In this document: in pieces, positions 36,932 through 48,400 of the stretch | Numbering within the stretch: position 1 is the first letter of the stretch | Layout: each line of letters starts with the position of its first letter | Assembly: GCA_958295905.1 (NCBI GenBank) | Contig: OY282382.1 | Span: 3,942,910 to 4,006,909, forward strand | Source of the DNA: an uncultured Vicinamibacterales bacterium | GTDB lineage: Bacteria; Acidobacteriota; Vicinamibacteria; Vicinamibacterales; UBA8438 | DNA: 64,000 bases | Direction: 5' to 3' | Position numbers and translations under genes: made by a program | The notes under the pieces: generated by a model | What the model was told of the DNA's origin: nothing | The model's input: the letters and a program-made list of their open reading frames with translations, nothing else | Databases searched by the model: none

Positions 36932-37027
36932 CTAGCCGCCCTCGCCGTCGCACCAAACGGGGCCGCAGGTCACGATGATGTAGTCGTCGGTGATGTAAAA
37001 CTCGCACTCGATGTAGCAGTCCGCCAT
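36932..37027 (-). CDS. Candidate 31-aa Cys-rich micro-protein
   Basis: Hand translation gives MADCYIECEFYITDDYIIVTCGPVWCDGEGG. 29 of 31 third positions are G/C, against about 50% in the overlapping track ORF 36753..37052. Confidence 0.4.
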   Translation of the reverse strand: MADCYIECEFYITDDYIIVTCGPVWCDGEGG

Positions 37028-37112
37028 CAGGCGAGTCAAATCGCTTCAACATTGTCCGCTTCCTTCCTCCTCGGGTTTAAAGGCCCGGGCACCAAGCCCC
37101 GACCAAGACCAA

Positions 37113-37739
37113 TTACCTTGGGCGCCAGTCCCGCACACGCGTGCGGGCCTCTTCGAGTTGTTCGGGCGTCATGCGCGCGGCGAGGAACTCGATCAGCCTT
37201 CCTCCGCTTGCGGCGTCCCTGTTGTTCGCGACGAGGGTCAGCCACATGTAGGCGGAGACGAAGTCCTGCTCCACACCGTACCCGTTCATGTACAACGTCC
37301 CGAGGATGACCTGTGGACCAGCCCTGCCGGCCTCAGCAGCGGGCCGGGCCCAGCGGGCAGCCTCGGTGTAGTCCCGCTCCACGCCGAAACCGTTGAAGTA
37401 CGCCGCCGCGAGGATGCTCTGCCCGCGGGCGTGCCCTTGATCGGCCGCGAGTCTGGCCCATCGCAGGGCCTGCTCGTAGTCGACGTCCACGCCGCGGCCG
37501 TTGAAGTACACCACCGCGAGGAGGGCCTGCGCGTCGGGGTCCCCCTGCTCGGCACGGAGCCGGTCCTCTTCCGTGGCGGTCTCTCGGGCGAACCTGTCGA
37601 TGAGCTCCTGTCTTCGAGCTTCATCGTCTTGCGGAGCCTGCACGCTGGAGGCTTGCGAGGCGCCGGCCGGCACCTCCTGGGAGCACGCGGAGGTTCCGAT
37701 CAGCACCGCGACACCGGGGTAAATCAGCCTCGATAGCAT
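37113..37739 (-). CDS. Sel1-repeat lipoprotein
   Basis: MLSRLIYPGVAVLIGTSAC lipobox, and four Sel1 repeats (A...L...Y..G.GV..D...A..W...AA). Confidence 0.8.
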   Translation of the reverse strand: MLSRLIYPGVAVLIGTSACSQEVPAGASQASSVQAPQDDEARRQELIDRFARETATEEDRLRAEQGDPDAQALLAVVYFNGRGVDVDYEQALRWARLAADQGHARGQSILAAAYFNGFGVERDYTEAARWARPAAEAGRAGPQVILGTLYMNGYGVEQDFVSAYMWLTLVANNRDAASGGRLIEFLAARMTPEQLEEARTRVRDWRPR

Positions 37740-38291
37740 GATGCCGCCGCCATAACGTCCATACGATACCGGGCCGAGGCTCGCTTGGCCGAGACGCGGC
37801 AGGGAGAATTGATGTGCCCAGGGGTACACGCAACGCCGTTCCGCGTCAACGAACCGCCCCAACTGCCCCATCACCCCCGCCGGCCCGACCTGACCCTCAC
37901 GGGCTGTCAGTTGGCGCGTGCCACACCACCGGCGGGGCTTCCCGTGTTGCGTCCATTCCCCTCTTCCATGCGTGCCGCCGCCAATACCCCGGCGGAACCG
38001 GCCGGTGCCCCCGTCGCTCGCTTCCCGGCCCGTGGCAGCCTTCCCCGTATTGTGGGCGGGTCGGCTTCCGCATTCGTCGTTTCGAGGCCTGCTCGGCGTT
38101 CACTCGCGTTGCCGCCCGCATGGTCGCTGAGCCGCCCAATGGCGGCCCGTTGTCGTCGAAGTGCTTCAGGCGATGACCGTGTGCCAACGCCCGCCGCCAA
38201 TGTCGCATCCGGCGTGTATACTGGTCTGAATTCGAGCGTCTTGCCAGATTTCTGTTGCGAGCTTGGTCCCCGCAACCGCGGGAGGGGTCGA

Positions 38292-39329
38292 ATGCGGGCA
38301 CGTTCCATCGTCGCGCTCAGCGCGCTCGTCGTCGTTTCGCTTCTCGCCGGCCCGGCGCTCGGACAGGCGCCGCCACGGCTGCCCGACGGCCGGCCGGACC
38401 TGCAGGGTGTGTGGGACTTCCGCACGATGACCCCGCTGCAGCGGCCCCGCATGCTGGCCGACCGGGAGTTCCTCACGGAGGAAGAGGCGGCGGCCCAGGA
38501 GACCCAGGTCGCGGCGCGAAGGGCCCAGTTGCTCGAGCCGAGCGAGGTGCGGACCGAGCCGCTGCCGGCCGGGGGCGGGGGCCGCGCGGTGGGCGGCTAC
38601 AACGACTTCTGGCTCGACTACGGCACGACCCTCGTCGACGACCGGCGGACCTCGCTGATCGTCGATCCGCCGGACGGCCGGCTGCCCGCGCTGACCCCCG
38701 AGGGCGAGGCCCTCCGCCAAGTCGGCTCGCTGATCGAGGACCTGCCGATCCCACCGCCGGTGCGGGTCCGGAGCGCCGGCACCGGCGCCGACCGGCCCGA
38801 AGACCGCGGTCTCGCCGAGCGCTGCCTCGTCGGGTTCAACAGCGGCCCGCCCATGATGCCGAGCGGGTACAACAACAACATGCAGCTCTTTCAGACCGCG
38901 GACAACGTCGTGCTCCTGAACGAGATGGTGCACGACCTGCGGGTGATCCCCCTCGACGGCCGCCCGCAGTTACCGGCCGGCCTCCGCCAGTGGGCCGGCA
39001 GCTCGCGCGGGCACTGGGAGGGCGACACCCTGGTGGTCGAGACGACCAACATGACGGACAAGACCGGCAGCTTCGACCCGTCCGCCACCACCGCCATCGG
39101 CACCGGCCTCACCGTCACCTTGACCGAGCGGTTCACCCGCCTCGACGACGACACCCTGCTCTACGAGTACACCGTGGACGACCCCGTCATCTTCACGCGC
39201 CCGTTCACCGTCGCGGTTCCGATGCGCCGCTCGCCCGAGCCGATGTTCGAGTACGCCTGCCACGAGGGCAACTACGGCCTGCTGAACATCCTGACCGGTG
39301 CCCGCGCCGAGGATGTCGCGGCCCGCTGA
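38292..39329 (+). CDS. EYACHEGNY-family secreted protein, paralog 4
   Basis: ATG at 38292 after GGGAGGGG, signal peptide MRARSIVALSALVVVSLLAGPALG, and the same conserved blocks. Confidence 0.75.
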   Translation: MRARSIVALSALVVVSLLAGPALGQAPPRLPDGRPDLQGVWDFRTMTPLQRPRMLADREFLTEEEAAAQETQVAARRAQLLEPSEVRTEPLPAGGGGRAVGGYNDFWLDYGTTLVDDRRTSLIVDPPDGRLPALTPEGEALRQVGSLIEDLPIPPPVRVRSAGTGADRPEDRGLAERCLVGFNSGPPMMPSGYNNNMQLFQTADNVVLLNEMVHDLRVIPLDGRPQLPAGLRQWAGSSRGHWEGDTLVVETTNMTDKTGSFDPSATTAIGTGLTVTLTERFTRLDDDTLLYEYTVDDPVIFTRPFTVAVPMRRSPEPMFEYACHEGNYGLLNILTGARAEDVAAR

Positions 39330-39470
39330 GCCTCGCCGCCGTGCGGGCCGTTCCGTAACCGACAGAGGTTAATGCGGAATGGTCCGCACGGTCCCGGACG
39401 GCCGGCGCATCGCCAACGGGCCAACCGCGTCCGTCGACCTCAAGCCTTTATCGGTGTGACCCCGCCCGTC

Positions 39471-42400
39471 GCTCAACGAAGGCCGGGGCGTGAACCCCGG
39501 CGACACGCGAGCTCCTGCTGGTGCGCCAGGCGCCGTTGGAACGCTCAACGAAGGCCGGGGCGTGAACCCCGGCGACACGCGGTGTGCTTGGTGGCGCCGG
39601 TGAGTCCGACGCTCGCTCAACGAAGGCCGGGGCGTGAACCCCGAACGACACGCGTGGGCGGAGGCGACGACCGCCCGGCTCCGCGGGGACGCTCAACGAA
39701 GGCCGGGGCGTGAACCCCGGCGACACTGGTCGGCACCGGCGGTCCCGGCGCCGGCGTATCGCGCTCAACGAAGGCCGGGGCGTGAACCCCGGCGACACTG
39801 GGGCCGCGACGGCGACCTGGGGCTCGAACCTGGTCGCTCAACGAAGGCCGGGGCGTGAACCCCGGCGACACGCGCAGGGCGGCCTGCACCGACATCCCGC
39901 TCCCCGACCGCTCAACGAAGGCCGGGGCGTGAACCCCGGCGACACGCGCAGGGCGGCGCACGCGCACGGCAGTCCCGGCTCGCTCAACGAAGGCCGGGGC
40001 GTGAACCCCGGCGACACCCGAGCCGCCCACGACCGAATTGTGCGCCTCCGTCCGCGCTCAACGAAGGCCGGGGCGTGAACCCCGGCGACACGTGGCCGGC
40101 GGCGCGGTCGAGTGGGGCAGCCGCCTGATCGCTCAACGAAGGCCGGGGCGTGAACCCCGGCGACACTGGCCGGCGGCGCGTGCGGTCCGGAGATTAGTCC
40201 GCGCTCAACGAAGGCCGGGGCGTGAACCCCGGCGACACCACCGCCGCCAGGGCGGTGCTGATGTCGGTCCCCCGCGCTCAACGAAGGCCGGGGCGTGAAC
40301 CCCGGCGACACCCGCGGGCACCGGCGCGAGGGTGCATCTCCTGACGCACCGCTCAACGAAGGCCGGGGCGTGAACCCCGGCGACACCGGACGGCGTGGGT
40401 GAGTCCGCAGGCGAGGCAGTACGCTCAACGAAGGCCGGGGCGTGAACCCCGGCGACACTGTCGGGCGCCGGGGACGGCTCCCTCAGGTCCATCCGCCGCT
40501 CAACGAAGGCCGGGGCGTGAACCCCGGCGACACTACCCGGCCGGGCGGCGCGGCGGTGGCGAGCAACGACGCTCAACGAAGGCCGGGGCGTGAACCCCGG
40601 CGACACGTCGGCTTCTACGGCCTCCGGGGGGCGGCACTCCCTCGCTCAACGAAGGCCGGGGCGTGAACCCCGGCGACACACGCGGAGCTCTACGGCATCC
40701 CCATCAGGATCGGACACGCTCAACGAAGGCCGGGGCGTGAACCCCGGCGACACTTGCGGCGGGCGCTCCGGGCGGTCCCGTCGGGATGACGCTCAACGAA
40801 GGCCGGGGCGTGAACCCCGGCGACACGACGAACGGCGCCGAGTTCCGCAGCGCCGCCGGGGCCCCGCTCAACGAAGGCCGGGGCGTGAACCCCGGCGACA
40901 CGCGGTGCGGCACGACTCCGCGAGTGTCTGTGTCACCGCTCAACGAAGGCCGGGGCGTGAACCCCGGCGACACGGCCTGGATCCGGCGATACAGCTCCGG
41001 ACTGACGTACGCTCAACGAAGGCCGGGGCGTGAACCCCGGCGACACCAGAAAAGACGATGGGCCCCTCCGGCCGGAAGTGCGTCGCTCAACGAAGGCCGG
41101 GGCGTGAACCCCGGCGACACGCCGGACAAATCGAACTGCGTCTGCAGCGCGGTAACGCTCAACGAAGGCCGGGGCGTGAACCCCGGCGACACCTCATCGC
41201 CTTGTCCAGCGCCGGGTTGCCGCTCGGGTCCGCTCAACGAAGGCCGGGGCGTGAACCCCGGCGACACCCGGCACGCTCAGGCGCGCGCCGACATCGCCGT
41301 GGTCGCTCAACGAAGGCCGGGGCGTGAACCCCGGCGACACAGCACGACGGCGAGCACCTCATACATCGGTCCACGCGCTCAACGAAGGCCGGGGCGTGAA
41401 CCCCGGCGACACACATACGGCGTTCGGGCCCGTGCCGCCCGTCCGCGCGCGCTCAACGAAGGCCGGGGCGTGAACCCCGGCGACACCCCCAGGAGGGCTC
41501 GGCGCGCGAGACGGGGCCGACGGCGGTCGCTCAACGAAGGCCGGGGCGTGAACCCCGGCGACACGCGAGCGCCCATGATTTCCCGACGCCGGCCAGGCCC
41601 GCTCAACGAAGGCCGGGGCGTGAACCCCGGCGACACTCAGCGATTGGCTAACCCACGCCCCGGCGACCCGCTTCGCTCAACGAAGGCCGGGGCGTGAACC
41701 CCGGCGACACGCACACATCGTCACCGCGGTCAGACGCGGCGGGGGGCGCTCAACGAAGGCCGGGGCGTGAACCCCGGCGACACTCGTTCCACGACCCGTA
41801 CCCGATGCCGACACCGGTCGCTCAACGAAGGCCGGGGCGTGAACCCCGGCGACACGTCCGGCGGAGTCGGCGCATGCCGAAGGTCCCGGCGCGCTCAACG
41901 AAGGCCGGGGCGTGAACCCCGGCGACACTCCCGGGGTTGCTGCGCTCGGTCAGCACGCTCACGGCCGACGCTCAACGAAGGCCGGGGCGTGAACCCCGGC
42001 GACACCATCCACCGGCCGACCCTTGTCGGTCCCCGCCATCGGCGCTCAACGAAGGCCGGGGCGTGAACCCCGGCGACACGGCACCTTCCGCTTCGAGGCC
42101 GCGGGGAGTGCCGACGCTCAACGAAGGCCGGGGCGTGAACCCCGGCGACACTCCCGCCGGACTCGGCGAGAGCCTGCTTGGACCAGCCCGCTCAACGAAG
42201 GCCGGGGCGTGAACCCCGGCGACACCGGCGCGCCGGCCCCGGCCCGGTCCCGCGCTTCTTGAGCGCTCAACGAAGGCCGGGGCGTGAACCCCGGCGACAC
42301 CGGCCGAGAGCGGGACGCCCATGGGTATGCCTCCTCGCTCAACGAAGGCCGGGGCGTGAACCCCGGCGACACTTCGCCCAGGACCGCGCCCGCAGCGACT

Positions 42401-45400
42401 TCGACCGGTGCGCTCAACGAAGGCCGGGGCGTGAACCCCGGCGACACGAACCCGCGCCCGGAGGACCTTCCAACGCTTGGTGTTCGCTCAACGAAGGCCG
42501 GGGCGTGAACCCCGGCGACACGCACAGGGCGGATGAGCCACGACCGGACTGCCGCCCGCCGCTCAACGAAGGCCGGGGCGTGAACCCCGGCGACACGTCG
42601 TCACCGACGGCAACGCTTCGCCGTCGAGCGTCGCTCAACGAAGGCCGGGGCGTGAACCCCGGCGACACCTCCCGAGCACGATCACAAGGAAGCGTTCTGC
42701 CTGATGTGCGCTCAACGAAGGCCGGGGCGTGAACCCCGGCGACACGCAGGCGTGGACGCGGATCAGGTCGGCGCTCCCACACGCTCAACGAAGGCCGGGG
42801 CGTGAACCCCGGCGACACCAGCAACCGGAGTGTGTCACTGCCACTGCCGGTAGCCGTTCGCTCAACGAAGGCCGGGGCGTGAACCCCGGCGACACCTTGG
42901 CCCCTGATGATGTCGCTGACGCCGCTGACTTCCGCTCAACGAAGGCCGGGGCGTGAACCCCGGCGACACCCACGAGGCGGCCGGCAGGAGCACGTCCGGG
43001 TCGCCCGCCGCTCAACGAAGGCCGGGGCGTGAACCCCGGCGACACACCTTGAAATCGACTATACCGGCCAACTTGTCGCCGCTCAACGAAGGCCGGGGCG
43101 TGAACCCCGGCGACACGGCGGCGCTCGGTGACCAGGTGGGCGGGAGCCTGACCGGCGCTCAACGAAGGCCGGGGCGTGAACCCCGGCGACACTTGGCGCT
43201 CGAACCGGGCCGCGGGCAGGTCGCGGACCGCTCAACGAAGGCCGGGGCGTGAACCCCGGCGACACACTCCACGATGGCGACAGCGCGGGCGCTGACCGGC
43301 TACTCCCGCTCAACGAAGGCCGGGGCGTGAACCCCGGCGACACTGGTAAAGATAGCTCCCCGCACCGGTGCCACCTACTCCCGCTCAACGAAGGCCGGGG
43401 CGTGAACCCCGGCGACACACAAACTCCAGACTGGAACCCATCACAGGAACCATGACCGCTCAACGAAGGCCGGGGCGTGAACCCCGGCGACACCCGACCA
43501 TGCCGGCCGAACCAGCGAACCTCCCCCCGCTCAACGAAGGCCGGGGCGTGAACCCCGGCGACACTTCTTGAGCTCGCCGGTGATCTGGTTCAAGCCGCCC
43601 GCTCAACGAAGGCCGGGGCGTGAACCCCGGCGACACCTCGCGGAGCAGGATGGCGCGGCGCATCGGCGGATGCGCTCAACGAAGGCCGGGGCGTGAACCC
43701 CGGCGACACCTCGCGGAGCAGGATGGCGCGGCGCATCGGCGGATGCGCTCAACGAAGGCCGGGGCGTGAACCCCGGCGACACGCCACCGCGAGATACCAG
43801 CAGACGCGGTGTTGGGTGCGCTCAACGAAGGCCGGGGCGTGAACCCCGGCGACACCACGAGAAGCGCCGCGGCCAGCGCCTCGCGCCGCGTCGCTCAACG
43901 AAGGCCGGGGCGTGAACCCCGGCGACACCACACCTGCGCCAGGTCGCCCTTGTGCGCCTCGTACGCTCAACGAAGGCCGGGGCGTGAACCCCGGCGACAC
44001 CTAGCATCCTGGGATTGGCTACTCACCGTATTCAGTTCGCTCAACGAAGGCCGGGGCGTGAACCCCGGCGACACTTCTTCTGCTTCTCGGCGCGCCACAC
44101 CTCGATCCGCGCTCAACGAAGGCCGGGGCGTGAACCCCGGCGACACCCGACCCAAACCTCGGCCCGGCCAGTATCTGGCCACGCTCAACGAAGGCCGGGG
44201 CGTGAACCCCGGCGACACCCTCGGCTTGCAGCCGCACATCGTGGCGCTGTCTGCCGCTCAACGAAGGCCGGGGCGTGAACCCCGGCGACACCGGCGCGCC
44301 GGGCTCGAGCCCGGCGCGCCAGGTGCTCGCTCAACGAAGGCCGGGGCGTGAACCCCGGCGACACATGCGTCCACCGGCGGACGTTCCCCCGCGCGGCCGC
44401 CGCTCAACGAAGGCCGGGGCGTGAACCCCGGCGACACTCGCCGATCCTGACCAGCCCGCACCGGACGACCTCGGGCGGCGCTCAACGAAGGCCGGGGCGT
44501 GAACCCCGGCGACACTCGCCGAACTCCACGGGGGGCGGGTCGCCCCGCCGCGCTCAACGAAGGCCGGGGCGTGAACCCCGGCGACACTCCAGGACCAAAA
44601 GTCATGATCGAGAAACGGCACGGCGCTCAACGAAGGCCGGGGCGTGAACCCCGGCGACACGCGGCGGTGCCCAGCGCTTGAGGCACGGCGTCCGACGCTC
44701 AACGAAGGCCGGGGCGTGAACCCCGGCGACACCGTCACCAGGCATCCGGGGGCCGACAGTCTCATCGACGCTCAACGAAGGCCGGGGCGTGAACCCCGGC
44801 GACACGCGAGCGCCCATGATTTCCCGACGCCGGCCAAGCCCGCTCAACGAAGGCCGGGGCGTGAACCCCGGCGACACCACACCGGCAAGGCCGCAGCCGA
44901 CGTTCGCCTACACCGCTCAACGAAGGCCGGGGCGTGAACCCCGGCGACACTCGCGCGCCTGCCCGGGGAGACCCGTCACATCGTCGCTCAACGAAGGCCG
45001 GGGCGTGAACCCCGGCGACACGCCTGCGTTCCGGGGCGCTGACGCGCCTAGAGGGCCACCGCTCAACGAAGGCCGGGGCGTGAACCCCGGCGACACGTCG
45101 ATGGCCCCGCTGAACCGGGACGATTTCGACGCCGCTCAACGAAGGCCGGGGCGTGAACCCCGGCGACACCCTGATTGGCCCTTGCTGACTGACTGATAAG
45201 TGAATGCGCTCAACGAAGGCCGGGGCGTGAACCCCGGCGACACAAGAGCGCCGAAGCCGGGGGGACGGAACTCCATCGTCGCTCAACGAAGGCCGGGGCG
45301 TGAACCCCGGCGACACTCGACCCGGAGATCGACGGCCGCGAGGCCGACGGGCGGGCCGCTCAACGAAGGCCGGGGCGTGAACCCCGGCGACACCCGCGGG

Positions 45401-48400
45401 GGTCGCCCCGATCTGGCCGCTCGTGTTCCACGCTCAACGAAGGCCGGGGCGTGAACCCCGGCGACACTCGCCGACTTCCCCGTTGCTGTTCCGGGTCAAC
45501 CGGATCGCTCAACGAAGGCCGGGGCGTGAACCCCGGCGACACGTGCTCGACATGGGGCGCGCCGCCTTGGATGCTTCGGTCGCTCAACGAAGGCCGGGGC
45601 GTGAACCCCGGCGACACTCGGTGGATTTAGCTGCGCCGGTGAGGCTCCGGCTCGCTCAACGAAGGCCGGGGCGTGAACCCCGGCGACACCCGCGACACGG
45701 CGCCGGCGGCGGTGTCGTCGAACGGCGCTCAACGAAGGCCGGGGCGTGAACCCCGGCGACACCCCCTTGGATGATGATCTTATACCGCCCGCCCACGAGC
45801 GCTCAACGAAGGCCGGGGCGTGAACCCCGGCGACACGGACATGCTCCGGCGCGGCTTCCTCGCCGGAGATCGCTCAACGAAGGCCGGGGCGTGAACCCCG
45901 GCGACACCCCCGCCTACCCGAGCACGAACCCGCACCGTGACCCGCTCAACGAAGGCCGGGGCGTGAACCCCGGCGACACGTGGGTCTACGGCGCGTCGAT
46001 TACCGCGGGCACGGGCGCTCAACGAAGGCCGGGGCGTGAACCCCGGCGACACGCCCGTCGTCTCGCGGCACAACCACGCGCCGCCGCCCTCCGCTCAACG
46101 AAGGCCGGGGCGTGAACCCCGGCGACACACCCGACGCCGGGTGGCTGGCCGGGCAGGCCGAGCGGGCCGCTCAACGAAGGCCGGGGCGTGAACCCCGGCG
46201 ACACGAGGCTGGGCGTAGGGTCCCGACGCATGGCCGGATACTCGCTCAACGAAGGCCGGGGCGTGAACCCCGGCGACACCCCATTCCGCCAGCATGCAGG
46301 GGCCGGGCCACAACAACCGCGCTCAACGAAGGCCGGGGCGTGAACCCCGGCGACACCCGCCGCGCAGGGCGGCGCACGCGCACGGCAGTCCGGGCTCGCT
46401 CAACGAAGGCCGGGGCGTGAACCCCGGCGACACCCCATTCCGCCAGCATGCAGGGGCCGGGCCACAACAACCGCGCTCAACGAAGGCCGGGGCGTGAACC
46501 CCGGCGACACATACTCGAAGAGCTGCACAAGAACGGTGAGTTTGCCCGCTCAACGAAGGCCGGGGCGTGAACCCCGGCGACACGGGCCGCCCGGTTCCTC
46601 GGGCTCGGCGGCGGCGGCTGGTACGCTCAACGAAGGCCGGGGCGTGAACCCCGGCGACACCCTCCCCGGCGGGCACGGGGTGTAGCCGCGGCCCTTGCCC
46701 GCTCAACGAAGGCCGGGGCGTGAACCCCGGCGACACGGCGTTGACGCCCAGGGTCCGCTGGCCGCCGACGTGCGCTCAACGAAGGCCGGGGCGTGAACCC
46801 CGGCGACACCGCCTCGGGCACGAGGCGCGGGTCGAAGCCACGCTCCGCTCAACGAAGGCCGGGGCGTGAACCCCGGCGACACCGACACGTAGTACTCCAC
46901 GTCGGCCGACTGCTCAGCCGCTCAACGAAGGCCGGGGCGTGAACCCCGGCGACACCCGCAGCGGGCCGCCGCGGACATCCCACGACGCGACCGCGCTCAA
47001 CGAAGGCCGGGGCGTGAACCCCGGCGACACGCCCGGCGACCGCGGGTACTTCCGGGGGGGCGGGGCCGCTCAACGAAGGCCGGGGCGTGAACCCCGGCGA
47101 CACGCATCCTGTTCGGCGGGGGCGCCAAGCGGCCGGCGCGCTCAACGAAGGCCGGGGCGTGAACCCCGGCGACACTCGGAGTGGCGGCGTTCCTGCGCCT
47201 GCATCCAATCGTCGCTCAACGAAGGCCGGGGCGTGAACCCCGGCGACACGCGCCCACGCCGGGTCGTTGCCGTCCGTCATCACGTGCGCTCAACGAAGGC
47301 CGGGGCGTGAACCCCGGCGACACCCACACCGACGACAGCACGCCGACCGCCCAACCGCACGCTCAACGAAGGCCGGGGCGTGAACCCCGGCGACACGCTG
47401 ATACGGCGCTTGGTGGCGCGCGTGGATGAGCTCGCTCAACGAAGGCCGGGGCGTGAACCCCGGCGACACTCGGAGCTCGGCGACACGACCGGCGCGGTGG
47501 ATGAGGCCGCTCAACGAAGGCCGGGGCGTGAACCCCGGCGACACCTCCTGCCTGCTGTCCAGACCCAACGCCCTGTCGAGCGCTCAACGAAGGCCGGGGC
47601 GTGAACCCCGGCGACACACGCGCCACACGGGGTCCGGGGCCGATGGGTGGTGGATGCGCTCAACGAAGGCCGGGGCGTGAACCCCGGCGACACGCCCGGG
47701 CCCCCGGCCCCATCCCCAAGGGCGCCCTCCGCGCTCAACGAAGGCCGGGGCGTGAACCCCGGCGACACACGCGACGATACAGATGATCGCCTCGATGTCC
47801 ATCGATCGCTCAACGAAGGCCGGGGCGTGAACCCCGGCTTCTTCGTGACCGCGGACTCGGCCTCGACGTAGACCGCTCAACGAAGGCCGGGGCGTGAACC
47901 CCGGCGACACCCCTTCACGACCGAGCGAGCGGAGCGAGCGAGGGAGCGCTCAACGAAGGCCGGGGCGTGAACCCCGGCGACACACGACCGCCACGGATCG
48001 CGCGCCGTCGGCCGATCCGCTCAACGAAGGCCGGGGCGTGAACCCCGGCGACACGCGCGGCACGCCCGGCGGCGCCTACCTGGCGTCGCGCGGGCGCTCA
48101 ACGAAGGCCGGGGCGTGAACCCCGGCGACACGCCGTTGTGGGCGATGTAATAGCGGTTGTCGTCCGGGCGCTCAACGAAGGCCGGGGCGTGAACCCCGGC
48201 GACACTCCCGCGGGCCGGGGTGCCGTCGGCACTGGACCGCCCCGCTCAACGAAGGCCGGGGCGTGAACCCCGGCGACACACGCTCCGCATGTCATATGGT
48301 TACGCTCCGCGTGTCCGCTCAACGAAGGCCGGGGCGTGAACCCCGGCGACACTCGTCGTCGGCCGGGGTCTCGTCGGCGTCGTGATCCGCTCAACGAAGG

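Noticed and set aside
36753-37052. 99-aa ORF whose ATG has a strong SD (GAGGAGGAAGGAAG).
   Set aside because: GC3 is only about half over the first 40 codons, the sequence is Arg/His-rich nonsense, and it runs antisense into the ADOP gene. The overlapping 31-aa frame looks more like coding sequence. What the SD serves remains unexplained.
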